Made by a program: the position numbers and the translations under genes | Part shown: piece after piece, positions 40,751-54,700 of the stretch | How positions within the stretch are numbered: the first letter of the stretch is position 1 | Layout: each line of letters opens with the position of its first letter | Notes under the pieces: generated by a model | The model's database searches: none | Told to the model about the DNA's origin: nothing | Seen by the model: only the letters and a program-made list of their open reading frames with translations | Origin: Tubiluchus corallicola | Lineage: Eukaryota > Animalia > Priapulida | Assembly: GCA_030141605.1 (NCBI GenBank) | Contig: JAQGDQ010000446.1 | Location: 1 to 64,000 of the forward strand | Reading direction: 5' to 3' | Length of the DNA: 64,000 bases

Positions 40751-41675
40751 TTTAATCTTGTAACGTCGCAATACAGTAATTTAATTGTTACAATTAAATA
40801 CGATTCTGTACCAGTGCTGAAAAGGTTCCTAAGTAACATATTCATGAAGAGTATTCCATGGCAAATCTAAATGGAGTTTCAGGCGACATACCAGGTAATT
40901 GGCAGAAAGACTCAATAAGCGAGTAATCCCATGCTTCACATTCCAGACTAGTTCACTATCTTTCCCAAAGGCTTTTAAGATTTCATCTTGATGCAGTTTC
41001 TATTGATTCACATTTTTACCATAAAGAAACAAAATCTATTTACTTGTTACTCGTGAAATCCTGCAGGTAATCTCTTTTACACCGTAATAATCTTTGCTAA
41101 ATCAGAGCATTTTACATGAGATGTTATGATAAAACTGTCATTGTCACATATGCAAGACAAAAACGTTCAACGAAAGCAACAAACAACGCATCTGGTGGCG
41201 GAAATAATGTATCTCTATTATGTTCATAATCCGTATTTACACGTAGTGGTTTATTAATCTTTTCTAAACCAGAACATTTTACTTGAGATATTACGATAAA
41301 ACGGCCATTGTCATGCATGCTAGATAAAAAATGTGTAATGCATTCAATGCATTTCCGTAGCGATGAACAATGTACTGCTGTTATTTTTGTAATCTTTACT
41401 TATTTCATATTTCTGAGAGAGTGTTGTTGTGCATATAATGATGTATCGTCATCACGGTCTTACGGAATTGCGTAAAACATAAGCTCTTTTAATTCAAAAA
41501 GATAAAAATTAAACTTAAATACATGTTGCCCCTGCCTACATACATTTGGCTTTGCACAAAAGTACGAAGACTACCATTTCAGACAACAGTGTGATAATAA
41601 TTTAGTGCACTTCTTCATATTGGGCTATCTATAGTGACAAAGAAGTTTCTTTCTCAAGAAAAGTTTTCAACTATA

Positions 41676-42623
41676 ATGTCGCTTAATGAAAGTCTTATCA
41701 ATACTATTACAAATTCTACATCTAGTACAAATTCTACATCAGGTTACGCATTCAAACTACTTTTCTTGTTGCTACATCATTCGCTAGCATTCAGTATAGT
41801 ACTTCTCAATGGACTTGTAATCACCGCTATTCTTAGATATCGACATCTTCAAACTACAAGCAACTGGTTCATCTGCCAATTGTCAATAAGTGATCTACTT
41901 ATGGGGGTGATGTTGCACCTTATGGAACTGCTGTTATTCAGCTGGTATTCTCCACTTACTTTATCCAAGCGTTGCCTCGGAATATTTGCCACATTTCAAA
42001 CATTAGGTTCACAATCAGTGACAATGCTCATGGTCGTAACAATTGATCGCTACATAGCAATTATATACCCACTCCGGTATTACATGCTGATGAAACCTTT
42101 GAGAGTAAAAATTGTTATAGCTGCCACCTGGATTTGGTCTGTAACTATGAGTATGTTTATGATTTATAAAAATCGTTCAGAACAATATCCACAAAATTGC
42201 AATTATTTTGAACTTATAAACACTCATGTTCAATATATTATGAGTGGATACTTTTTATTCGCCATCTCAGTAATGTTGATCGCTTACGTGAAAATCTTTG
42301 CAGCAGCAGCACATCATGCAAGACAGATAAACGAACCGTCACAGCAAAATGCCACATTCCGGCAAAACGTGAAACAGGCAAAAATGATGTTTCTCATTAT
42401 AGGTTCTTTTGTGGTGTGCTACATGCCTGTAAATGTACTCAGCATTTTAACTGCTCATACAGGCTACAAGCTCAGTGATGTTGTGGACTTCTCAGCTTTT
42501 ATGATGCTTTACATCAATTCACTGGTGAATCCTTTAATTTATTCGTGGAGGGCTAAAGGCTTGAGAAAATCGATTCACCACATGTTATGCTGCAAACCAA
42601 GAAACTCGATTTCTGTAGAATAG
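41676..42623 (+). CDS. Intronless class A orphan GPCR 3, 315 aa, close paralog of GPCR2
   Basis: ATG at 41676 aligns with the GPCR2 start (MSLNES); DRY, CYMP, NPLIY; same length and same C-terminus CCKPRNSISVE. Confidence 0.95.
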   Translation: MSLNESLINTITNSTSSTNSTSGYAFKLLFLLLHHSLAFSIVLLNGLVITAILRYRHLQTTSNWFICQLSISDLLMGVMLHLMELLLFSWYSPLTLSKRCLGIFATFQTLGSQSVTMLMVVTIDRYIAIIYPLRYYMLMKPLRVKIVIAATWIWSVTMSMFMIYKNRSEQYPQNCNYFELINTHVQYIMSGYFLFAISVMLIAYVKIFAAAAHHARQINEPSQQNATFRQNVKQAKMMFLIIGSFVVCYMPVNVLSILTAHTGYKLSDVVDFSAFMMLYINSLVNPLIYSWRAKGLRKSIHHMLCCKPRNSISVE

Positions 42624-45148
42624 CATAAAAATATGACCTACAACGTACTTCTGCAAAATAACCTATATACCACCTAATGAGGCATAGCAGAATAGCATCT
42701 ACATGACTGTATGGCAACTATAAAATTTTCAGCATATATTTTCTTCTTATTTGATGTTTTATATCAGTATGAACTATAGTATGAATATACTTAATTGAAC
42801 TTTGACTTTTTATCATAGCTAAACAATGGTGTGTACGGCAAATTGTTGTTCCATAGAATACAAGAGGGTCGCCAAGGGTGTTTTGTAATGGATTGTTTTA
42901 GAGCCAGTTATGTTCTCAGTTAGGTGACTGATCTAAATTCTGTAAACAAGGAAGTAACTTTGGTAAAGGGACAGAAAAGGATATTTTAAAATATGTCCCA
43001 AACACTTCCCACAGAAAATTATATTATCATGCATTATGCCAACTTGTGTGGAGGACTTTCGCAATTAGAAAAGAAGAAAATTCTCAAGAATTTAAAATAT
43101 TCGTGTCATCTGCTAATACCGCACCGCACCAAAAACATATTATTAATGTTATTTTCAATATAGTAATTAAATGAAGTAATTAAATTATTTCTTAGTTAAC
43201 GAAGAGTATACTTCGAATGCTCTGATTATTTTGTCAAACTTTAGGTAATGTTATCGAGCTTATAATGTTATCAAAATGGCTGTGCCTAATGGTCATCACA
43301 GGACCTTAAATTTATAAATTTTGTGATGCTAAAGCAAGTTCTGTGCACAATAAGACAACATGGAAGTGATGTAAAATTTTAAGACGAATTTTTTAAGCTT
43401 TATTAATCGATCATTTTCTTGTTCGTTAAATATGAATATGAAAATACTGTCGTTGTACCAACCTGAAAATTGTTATTGTCAATATACACCTGAAGTTTAA
43501 CATATCACAAACATTTGACAAACTAATCAGCTGGTCTAAACTTTGCCAAACAGAAACACACTTTACCAGAATAAGAAAGATGAATTTGAATTTGTATCGG
43601 AGCATTTTACCTATTTCTGGCTTATCATGTTACTCAAGGTTTGTTTTCACTATTATGATATTTTTATTGTAATCGGTCTTGTTTATCATAAATTGGCGGT
43701 GTTTTCAAACACTGAAGCAAAATTAATTTCTGTTTGACAGATAAATTACTTTTAGGAAATAGGCAAATAAAGAAAACTGATAATTGCAATTCTGCGAAGA
43801 AAAGGTGTGGTAATTCCTTTTTAACTATGTTTTGCAGAACATTACTCTTTTATTGCAAATTCCGATAAAATATTTACCTATCATGGAGGACGCATGCTTC
43901 GATAGTGGTTGACTACTAAAGTGGTTAACACAAACTGTAAAAACTAATGTTTACAGTTTGTATCTGGAAAAAACAGCAAGCTACAAAGTTGCCTATTAGC
44001 TCACTCAGCCTCCAAAGAAATTTTCCACTTTTTATTCTCCACATGCTGGCAAAGCTCCCACTTAACGCTTCGAGATACAACTCGCCCCCTCTTGTGAATA
44101 TAAATCAAATTAAAGTTATAAGTAACGCAAAGAGCAAATACATAGCTTAGAAATTCATTCTTGGTCAGATCTTGAAAGATATTAATACGATATTTCACAA
44201 CAAATTTTAAAAAAAAAATTACTTAAAAACATTTAACGTTGATATGGTCTCCATTACAATCCTATTGATTTCCAAAACGAAGAATCATAATGAAACTGCA
44301 CCCATTTCAGATGCGCAAGAAATTTGTACAGATCGTTACCTTTTTAACGTTTCTCATTCATTTACAAAAATGCATTAACGTGCAATTTTAAATATCACCA
44401 TTAAACAAACATGTTGTGCTTTTATTTACACATTAAAAAGCTAATAAATTAGCTAAACGCTTTATTTACACAATAAACAAAATAGAAACTTTGCAGCACA
44501 GGAAACAACTGTGCAATTACAAAACACCACTGTGCAGTATGCGCACTGCTAGTGATAATTTAGTAGGAATGACAGTAGTTGCATTACTTTTACGTTTAGC
44601 AAAGAAAGCACAAACAAGTAAACGTAGACAGTTATCAACAGCATGAACAGCAGAGGACAGGAACTTTTGAGTCTAACATACTAACGGAAACATAAAAAGA
44701 CCGATGAAATTTCACAAGCGGTTCAAAAAGTTTGCGTTGAATTTTACATCGTGTAAGTGAAGTCTTACCATACACATATAGCTGACGTTACTAGTGTGTA
44801 ATGGGCAAATGCATCACCTCCAGTGTTGACTACTAGATGTAGTAATTTCAAAGGTTAGTCCAACGATTTGTCCAATACATCAACACTTTGTAAAAGGTGG
44901 TTAAAAAAACCAGCAGTGCAGAAAACCAGTTTTGATGAATTAAATTATATTATTCCTTATATAAATTTAATGCGTTTTTTACCTGAGCTGCTAACGCAAA
45001 CTGAGCTTATGAAGCATGGCGCCATGATGGTTTTTCAAACAAGTACGAAAGCTGTTATGCAATCATACTTTAAAAAAACTTTGATTTTCCTTCAAAAAAC
45101 TACACTTTCGACACTTTGCTCAGTGGCTTAAATTGGTCAAATATCATC

Positions 45149-46084
45149 ATGGTTTGGTTAAACAGTAGCACTGAGGCAAATTGGACAAATGCTGAAATAA
45201 CTATGACGGTAAGTGGAATTCTACTTGAAGCTCTGTTTCACATCCTGGCAATTAGTTCAGTGTTTCTGAATATGCTGACCATCGTGACCATTTTGAAATA
45301 TCGACAACTTCACAACACTACCAACTGGCTGATCTGTAACCTTTCACTGTCAGACCTACTCATTAGTTTTACCTTGTATGTAATGAACATCATCGAAATG
45401 CAAAAGCAACAATTATTCACTTCGATTGAACTATGCCTCGGAACACTGATCGCCATTCAAATATTTGGAACAGAATCGCTTGCAATGTTGCTGGTGGTAA
45501 CGCTCGACCGATACTTGGCAATTGTGCATCCATTTCTCTATCCTAGAATCATTAAACTTCAAAGGGTAAGATATGCAATATCTTTCACATGGTTATACGC
45601 AACTGGTATCGGTTTTTTACTGCTTTATAGGAAGAAAGTGGTAGGATACCATGGAAAATGTGACTACTATACTACCATCAATTCTACTATTGTTTACGTT
45701 CAAAGTGCTCAAATGCTCGCCACAATCGCTATAATGTTAGCTGCATACACAAAAATCATGTTGGTAGTTCATCGACACAAGATACAGATTCGTCATATAT
45801 TGCAACAAGACAACACTTTCTTACAAAATGTAACACAAGCAAAAATGATGGTGATGGTGATTGGCACCTATGCTGCTTGCTGGGTGCCGCTGGCTGCACT
45901 GGGCGTTTTTGACCAATACTTCAAGGACAGCAGCTACTCTGGAAAATTGGCACACTGTTTGTTAAATTTAAACTCATTGCTTAATCCCTTAATTTACTGT
46001 TGGAAGAATTTGGTGTTGCGGAAAGCTGTTTTGCACGTTGTACTTTTGAAAACAGGTAATCCAACGTTTGCTGTAATTCTTTAA
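45149..46084 (+). CDS. Intronless class A orphan GPCR 4, 311 aa
   Basis: First ATG at 45149 (MVWLNSS); LSLSDL, DRYLAIVHP, CWVP, NSLLNPLIY. Confidence 0.93.
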   Translation: MVWLNSSTEANWTNAEITMTVSGILLEALFHILAISSVFLNMLTIVTILKYRQLHNTTNWLICNLSLSDLLISFTLYVMNIIEMQKQQLFTSIELCLGTLIAIQIFGTESLAMLLVVTLDRYLAIVHPFLYPRIIKLQRVRYAISFTWLYATGIGFLLLYRKKVVGYHGKCDYYTTINSTIVYVQSAQMLATIAIMLAAYTKIMLVVHRHKIQIRHILQQDNTFLQNVTQAKMMVMVIGTYAACWVPLAALGVFDQYFKDSSYSGKLAHCLLNLNSLLNPLIYCWKNLVLRKAVLHVVLLKTGNPTFAVIL

Positions 46085-47964
46085 AATTATCTTAAGTTTG
46101 TTTTAGGTAGACTGTGACATTGATAGACAATACAAAATTATTACTGCATTGTAGACATATAAAAGATAATTTTAATAGCTGACGTTAAATTTTATCTACG
46201 TGAATCTGCGCAAAATTAATTGTTTTCTATATTAATTTCTATATTAATTATCTTTAATAATATTTACTTACAATACTTAAGTTTAAACGATATTTTATTA
46301 ACAAATTGAACATGCTGCATCACTACTTTAATTCTGGGGAAAACAGAAATGAAATATTAATGGGATTAGCTAACAGATTCAGAAAAATCTATATTAACAC
46401 TTCTCCTGAAAACGGCTTCGCCATACAAAGGGCTTGACATCCCCTGGTGCATAAATTTGTTTTGTGTTACAATGTACCAGCTTCATATAAAACATTCAAC
46501 ATAAGTCAATGTCGAAAATGATAGTGGAAAAGATTTGAGATGATTAAAATCACCGAACTGTCTGGTGTACTTAAATAAACTTATGAAATGTCATGATTGC
46601 GGTCAAGCAGAGTCTTGTGAAACTTTTGTTTTGCAGAATGAATTGATTAGCGGTCAAAATGATATCATTATCAAAGTGCTACTGTGTAACATTGACCTGC
46701 AAGGTGCTCCACACTGGCGAAGTGTGCCCATACTGCTCGGTGTCATTGAAAGCCTCAGAATTCTGCAAAGCAATTTTAGAAACCACAGTTAACTTAAACC
46801 ATTCACCATGATTAGAGGCCCAAGGAAAATTTCTCTAACTTATTTCAATATAAAGTCTTAGCATTTCCAGCAAATAAGGCAAAAAGAAGTTGAGTTTTTG
46901 CTGACAACAAACGATTGAGATCACCAAAAATAATAATTTATCTTTTAATTAACCAGCTAAATGGTACGTACAAGTAATTATCAGGCCAAATTTGCATAAC
47001 AGTATAGAAGATTAGGGTAACAAGTTTATGGAAACATTTCTTTAGTGGTAAGAGATATCACTCTAGCAACATTTTTATTAGTTTGCTTTTAGTTTATATG
47101 ATCTATAATCTTTATAGACTGTGTCTAGAATCGTCTTCATTTCAGGTTCAGCTTTTGTTCATGTACCCAATGTTACAACCCAATAAACATTCAATCTCAA
47201 GTAACTTGTTTCCTGGCCCTTCTGTCAGGAATTCAGCTTCTGATCCTGTTACATAAGTCTTAATGACGTTCATGTAGATGCAGATGCGTTTTCCAATGCG
47301 GAACAGCTGCGCGAATAGCCTGCAGAAAAATCAATAGGAAATTGCTGCAGAAAAAGACTAACGCATACGCAGGCTGCACGAACGAGTGCATTGAAAACAA
47401 TATAAACCGATTTTATCTATTCTGCACCTCCTAAAACGCATCCGCATGGCACATAAACGCCTCTTACTGGATTTCCACTCGTAATGCCAAATTAATGGGA
47501 GCATTGAGCCATCAGCCGTGTCACCTTCACAATGTGGCATTTTTTTAATTTAAACAAGTGTCAGTTTCATACATAATACAGCTTTTGTAAAACTGATCAT
47601 TCGTGGAACCCTAATTCATAATAAAATTGTAGAATGTTAACAAGCTAGCTGATTCTGAATAATAAACTTGTGTGCGCACCTTTAACTAACCTTAATTTTT
47701 TCTTAACCTTTGTGGCATTTATGAACTTTATACCATATCCTTTATTTTTGGGTGCCAACAAAATAGGTGCAAAGGCACATTGAAACGTAACTGTTACCGA
47801 TTCGGATAATAGAATCACATTGTTTATTTAACATCCGTAGAAAATAGAAATAAAGTATTGTCATTTTCAAAATGTAATGAATAAGGCAGAAAAGTAGAAG
47901 TTGCATCTTCTGCGAACGCTGAAACAAATCGAGTATCACTGGTACAAATTTGTGAAATATATAT

Positions 47965-48412
47965 ATATATTAATTCTTTATTTGTCATTAAAATGGCTCA
48001 CTCATTATAATAAAATTGAGTAATCCTCAGCGTAATGTTAAAATAACAACACTGTTCAAGACAAATGCGTCCAGTGCAGACTAAAAAAACTAAAGTGCAA
48101 AACTAAGGCCTAATTATATACAATAAATGAACATATTTACAAACACAATATTAAATTATTTTTACAAAACAATATTACAATAGTACATTAAATTTTACGT
48201 GACATATTTTACACTATATATACATTTAACATGACACAATTAACAGAAACATGCTTTACATTATATAAATTTCACTCATTACATTTACACTATTTATACA
48301 TTTGACATTACAAAACTGACATAACACAAATTACATTACATAATTTTTTTTAAAAAAATTACATTTTTAATCGTTTTATGGAGTCAGGGGCGGGGGTAGA
48401 TGACTGGGTTCT
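47965..48412 (-). repeat. Inverted copy of the 8184-8625 repeat
   Basis: Reverse-complement match. Confidence 0.65.
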
Positions 48413-48597
48413 CTTTTCTCAGTACCACAAACAACTAGTTCACGTAATGTACCAGAGCAAACAAATATGCCTATATCCATTAGCGTCAAAGCTTAAAAGC
48501 ATGGCAAATATGGTAAAATACTAATATGACAATGCATGTAATGATTTGTTTCATCATGTGGGAGGAAAGAAGGATTTTATTTAGGTGAAATTAATTA

Positions 48598-49226
48598 TTT
48601 AGATTTAGATTTAGATTTAATAGATTCATTTCGCAATAAACATATACATATACATTACATGTGCATCGATAATCAGTTTTTGTTAATACAAAAATATGAT
48701 ACAATTCATGAATTCTGGGCTAGAGACCTAAGAAGCTAGCTTATGATAGGCCACTAGAATTAGTTACGAAAAAAATTACAATATATACAGATACAATATT
48801 ACAATATATCCAAATATAAATTCGAGTGGGAAGTAATAAAAATATTATTATACTAGAGGGGAAGTTTGTGAAAACGAAAAACAACAAATCATGAGTGATC
48901 AGTTATATGTTTCAAGTAAGTTTATTTTATAATTTTTTTAAAATATGGACAGCGAGTTGGCATTTTTAATAGGTGGAGCAATTGAATTCCACATGTAAGG
49001 GCCATTGTATTTAATAGAAAACTTTCTAACGTTTGTGTTGCACTGTATGTAGTAATAATTAAGTCTATAACGTGTGCCGTAATTACGTGTCTCAGCATTC
49101 AAACAAAAATAATCAGTAAATAAGGGAGGCAATAATTTATGGGAGAATTTGTACATAAAAATGGCAGTTTGGAACTCATTAATGTCATAAATGTTTAGAA
49201 AGCTATGCATTCGATATTTAATAAGA
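48598..49226 (-). mobile_element. CR1/L2-group LINE 3' fragment
   Basis: FMYKFSHKLLPPLFTDYF...NYGTR...KFSIKYNGPYMWNSI...SLSIF is the typical C-terminus of L2/Crack/Daphne ORF2; (AAATCT)n tail. Confidence 0.8.
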
Positions 49227-50523
49227 TGTTATGGGTTTGAGAGCGGAGCTGGTTCAAATCTCACTTTTATCGTCAATACCAGAGGTGGTTATTAGTTGTT
49301 TTCGTCCGTGGTTCCAGCTTTGCTATGAAAAAACGCAAATGAAATAACATATATGATCAGACTTTACTTTACATGTGACATGTAATGACAATGAAGGGTG
49401 GAACATCAGATGCATTAGGCGAGTATAATGACATTAATAATAATTTATTCATTTCACCAACACACATCCTGTCAACAATAGTCAGACAAACAACAGTGAA
49501 ATATCGGATAGAAAAAAATAATTTTCCTACAGCTTATAATAACATTAGTCATAATAATAATTATTTTAGGTGTTACACAAACAAGTTAGCAAAATCTCAG
49601 AATTTATATCTAAATTAAACCAAATCAAATCGCAAAATGATAAAAAAATACTAATCGCTTGTGCGTATTTATACGCAAAAGGTGTTAGATAAACAAATAT
49701 CAACGATAACATAACGAGGATCAGAGTTTCCCGCCGTACTAACAGGCTAACAACTGACAACGAACCAAACAAGTACAAGTTCAAATACAAAACTAGAGAC
49801 TTTAACAGGTTAGAAACAAGTTAGTGTAACTTGAATGGGTTTTAACAATGTAGCTGACTTGCGTTTCTCTTACTATTATTGCGAGTATAATGACATTAAT
49901 AATAATTTATTCATTTCACCAACACACATCCTGTCAACAATAGTCAGACAAACAACAGTGAAATATCGGATAGAAAAAAATAATTTTCCTACAGCTTATA
50001 ATAACATTAGTCATAATAATAATTATTTTAGGTGTTACACAAACAAGTTAGCAAAATCTCAGAATTTAGAATTATCCAAATTAAACCAAATCAAATCGCA
50101 AAATGATAAAAAAATACGAATCGCTTGTGCGTATTTATACGCAAAAGGTGTTAGATAAACAAATATCAACGATAACATAACGAGGATCAGAGTTTCCCGC
50201 CGTACTAACAGGCTAACAACTGACAACGAACCAAACAAGTACAAGTTCAAATACAAAACTAGAGACTTAAACAGGTTAGAAAGAGGTTAGTGTAACTTGA
50301 ATGGGTTTTAACAATGTAGCTGACTTGCGTTTCTCTTACTATTGAATGAATGCCTTCAACGTTTATATGTTGTGCCAAAGTACTCATGTGTTGCAACAGT
50401 CTCTTCTAGCCTTTTATATAGGCAAACAAACTGATAGTCAAGAAGCAATCAGAAAAATGATGCAGAGAATTGGCAAAAGGTTTATGTAGAGAAGTCTAGG
50501 CAGCAAATACTGCTGCAATAACA
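49227..50523 (-). mobile_element. Probable solo LTR containing a 462-bp near-perfect tandem duplication (49419-49880, 49881-50343)
   Basis: TGTTAT...ATAACA ends; TATATAAAA and AATAAA on the minus strand; the duplication is directly visible; no clear TSD. Confidence 0.5.
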
Positions 50524-50556
50524 AATACACACAATTCTCATGTTCTCCTAGTATTC

Positions 50557-50731
50557 TGTTGTTGTTGTTACTGATGTTGTGGTTGTTGTTGTTGCTGATG
50601 TTGTTATTGTTGTTGTTGTTGCTGTCGTCGTCATCGTTCTTGTGAGGTGGCGGTGGTGGCGGCTGTTGTTGTTGTTGTTATTGTTGTTGATGATGTTGTT
50701 GTTGATGTTGTTGTTGCTGTCGTCGTCGTCG
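50557..50731. repeat. (GTT)n/(GTC)n degenerate microsatellite
   Basis: Visible trinucleotide runs. Confidence 0.9.
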
Positions 50732-50876
50732 TAACAAAAGTAAGTTTCAAATTTCCAATCCTGTGTGTTTACTAGATTAACATGAATTAAAAAGTGGAAA
50801 ACAGAACTCTAAACGTAATGAAAATGTTAACGCTAAGCATATGTGTAACCCTATATTCGCGATGCTGGCACTCACC

Positions 50877-51364
50877 AGTGGCGGCTTGTAGCTAAAATTA
50901 CTGGAGATGCTGCTTTAGAAAATTTTTAGCTATTGTTTTAATACTGCATAAAACGAAACAAACATGTGTAATTTTAATGTTGTAACTGTAATTTTAAACA
51001 AACAAACGTATGAAAATTTATACAATAAACTTAATAGAATCCTAAACAAAACAATATTTTTGCTTACACAGCTCAAGCTTAATCCATTCACGGTAAGCAC
51101 GTGACAACTGACAACGAACTGTGTGAGGGACAGTGCTTTCTCCACCTGGCTCAGACATGTGTGCATGGCCGCATATGCACAACAGTATTGCTGGAGCACA
51201 CTGTGCTGGGCAGTGAAGCAAGCAGTACTACCCTCACGTGATATGATTCCGTATAAACACAAAGAAAAACTAACGAAAAAAAGACATATTGAATATTATC
51301 GATAATATTGAGTAAAAGTATGGGGGTTCTGCAATTCCACAGTACCTATACATGAGCCGCCACT
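50877..51364. mobile_element. TIR MITE upstream of GR2
   Basis: AGTGGCGGCT...AGCCGCCACT inverted ends flanked by CACC. Confidence 0.6.
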
Positions 51365-51792
51365 CACCAAATAAAAATGACAGGAAATAATGTATCGTAA
51401 AGTGCATTCAAAACAATCTTCTGTTTTCTCCATTATGCTTGCTTTGTCTCAGAGCACACACTATCCAAGGACAAACAAAAGGCTTTGCCCAATTAAGCAT
51501 ATGGAACATACAAATGACACAGCTAATTGCAATGAACACAAGTAAATATGTGAAAAATGTTGATCGACATTGGTTTCAATAGACATTGAGCGCAATATTC
51601 ACATCACCGGGCTGTCTATCATTCGTTGTGGTTTTAAGGTAGCTCAAAAGATTTCTGTGTTACTGCACTCTCATTGCAGCGTTATAGGAAAATAGAGATT
51701 GTGACAATATCACCGAAAATATTTTTGGAGAAACTGATTTAAAGTGGCATCGCTTAGGAACAAATTTTAGCAGAATCACTAATACCAGCAAC

Positions 51793-54700
51793 ATGTGGGG
51801 GAGACAACCAATGCGCAACAACAAGGTACATATATCACCTAGATCAGCCGATGTTAAATCGAAAAATGATATATCACCATCTCTCTATGACGCCATCAGA
51901 CCACTTATTTGGCTAATGAAAATATTTTCGTTATGGCCTTTAATTGAGAGGCCAAATGGCGCCGGAAAACAGTGCAAAAAAATCTGCGTCCTGTGCAACA
52001 CGATTTACCCATTTGCTGTCATACTAAGCATGCCGATAATAACTTATCATCACTACAAAGATATTCTTTCTTTTTACCAAAATATTGACATGGGTAGTTT
52101 ATTGTTCAGCAGTTTAAACGGGATAATCATGTATACTCAAGCAATTTTTACTATAGTATATTTCCTCTACAAGAGTAAAATACTATTGAGATTCCAATGT
52201 GCATGGCAACGACTGTTTGATGATTATGAAGCTCAGGTGATGAATACGAAAAACAGAACTTTCCATGTTTCTCGACGAGAGGCAATTAAGGGCATTATTG
52301 CTCTGTTTCTGTACCTTGTGTTATATGTATCAGTAACATTTTCGCTTTATATTCTGCTAACATACAACAACAACGAATTTTACAAGAACAGCTACGTAAC
52401 AAAGCCATCGCTTACATACATATCAATGGCTATCAACTTTTACGTATATTTCTTATTACTTATACCAGTGTCATTTCTTGTCACAATATGTAAAATTATT
52501 AGCACAGAGCTGTCCAAAATTTACAGTGATACCAAGGAAGTGGCAAATCACCTAACTGCTAACAAAACAAATGAGCCTGAAACAGGAAGCAAAAGTTGGG
52601 ACAGTGATAAGCTAGAAGATCGGATTCCCACTAATGATGAGCTATTTGTCAAACTACACCAGCTGAGAAAGAAGCATCAATATTTAGCTAATCTCATAGC
52701 AGAGACTGATACATTGTTTGCGCCTTATATTGGTTTTCTTTATGCAACCTCTGTGGCTTCAGTATGCTTTATGGTGTACATGATCATAGGTACATATGAA
52801 GAAACTAAACAGACCTACGAAACCGCTTTAGTGGTATTTCGATTAAGTCAGTGGATTATCTTAGAAGTCAGAAATTTGACAGAGTTATCCTTAGCAGCTT
52901 CTGATCTTAACGAGAAAGCCCACGCACCATTGCTTGTAACTTTTGATCTTGCTCTGTTAGAGCTACCTGCTAAAGAAAAGACTGAGGTAAGAAAATTGTG
53001 ATACTTTTTTTTCACTATTTAAAACTACGTGTAGTTGAACGGAAACAATATGTAAACAGCAGCGTTAAATAATTGTAAAAAAATCGTACAATTATACATA
53101 TACTGTTATATTTTCATATACTGTTATGTTTTAGTTGGTCAATGGCACCTTAGTGTTTACGAAAAAAATTGAGAATGTTATTGCACATGTAAAAAGGAAC
53201 AGACTAGACCAGGGGTGTGCAAATTGCGGCCCCCGAAGAGATTTGTCAACCTAATAAAAGTGCGGCCCGGGCAATTAATTGAGTGTATCCAGCTGAAGTC
53301 CGTGCCACGATCCCAAAGATAGTGCAGGTAGTTTTTTCTACTAGATCGGATGCCATTAACCCTTACAAAATGGTTGTAGCTTAATGTCACTGTACTACAC
53401 AGACTGTGTGATAGACATTTCTAATATGCATTGTAATGAAATTACCACTATCTGTCCTGAAATTAGAAATATATGGTTTGTAATATAAATTTTAAGAACT
53501 TCTAAAATAGTTTCTTGAGTGTAGTAGTAATGTATGCAGGTCGGATGCAAAAAAATCATTATTAGGCCTTTCTGTACTTGGCTCCTTGATCAAACTGCCT
53601 GTGGCCCGCAGGAATTGCGGGAAAGTTTAATGTGGCCCGGCTAGTCAGATAATTTGCACACCCCTGGGCTACGCGAAATTTCAGCAACAAATTTTGTTAA
53701 GTAAGTAAAGCATTTGCAGAAAGTGAGTTGTTGAACAAACATTCAACAACATCACAAATAAATAGCCTTGTCGTCCGAGTTTTTATTCGTCTGCAGTTCT
53801 ATTCAGGTTTTCGCACCGTCGTGCTTTAATATCTCTTCAATTCACTTATCTTTTTATTTATAAACAGATACAATTATTCGCAATGAAACTATCCAGCCTC
53901 AACATTGGCCTTACTGGATACAGATTTTTCACAGTAAACCGAAGCTTCATCTTGACGGTAGGCCACTTTAGTGTTAAGATCTTGGGTTAGTTTTATTAGG
54001 TTTAGCACGGCAGGAAATCAAACTTCTTGTTGGTAGAAGAGCTGGCAAACTCATTTTCTCTTTATTGTTTAGATTTTTAAACAGACGATTCGTTTTCCAT
54101 TTTCATTATTGCTGTATAAGCATTTTGTCCTTTTTTTTCAATTTATTATTAAGAACATCATAGTGCAATATCTTTGGTTCCAAAAGTGCACTCGGATTTG
54201 TACTTATTTACAAAAAATATTTACTGAAAAAAGATCTGAAGACAGTAGGGCAGCTTGTTACTGTAATTCAGTTATAACTGCGATATACATACATTAATAG
54301 CAAGTATTTCAAGTTGTGACGGGAACACAAAAGAATTTCCTTCATAGCATATGGTGTTCTCAGAAATCTTTATTTCTGTATATATAAAAAAATGAAAATA
54401 ATAAATTTGACTGCTTTTCACTGCTTACGAATGTATAATAATCTAATTATTATAATTTAAGATAATAAAGTAAATATTACTCACATTGTGCGGCTATAAC
54501 AACTTAATACATCCTTGGAGCGTCATACTGGTTTACAGCAAATCAGGTAGAGAAGCTACAAATAATTACTTAAAAAATTATCTAAACATTATTTAACGTT
54601 TACTGAGGCTTCTCTGAGCGTGTTTAGTGAGGCACAACCTAATTTACAATTTCACAGGTAAAATTACAGGTAAGTTCACATAGGTGCTGCCACCTACACG

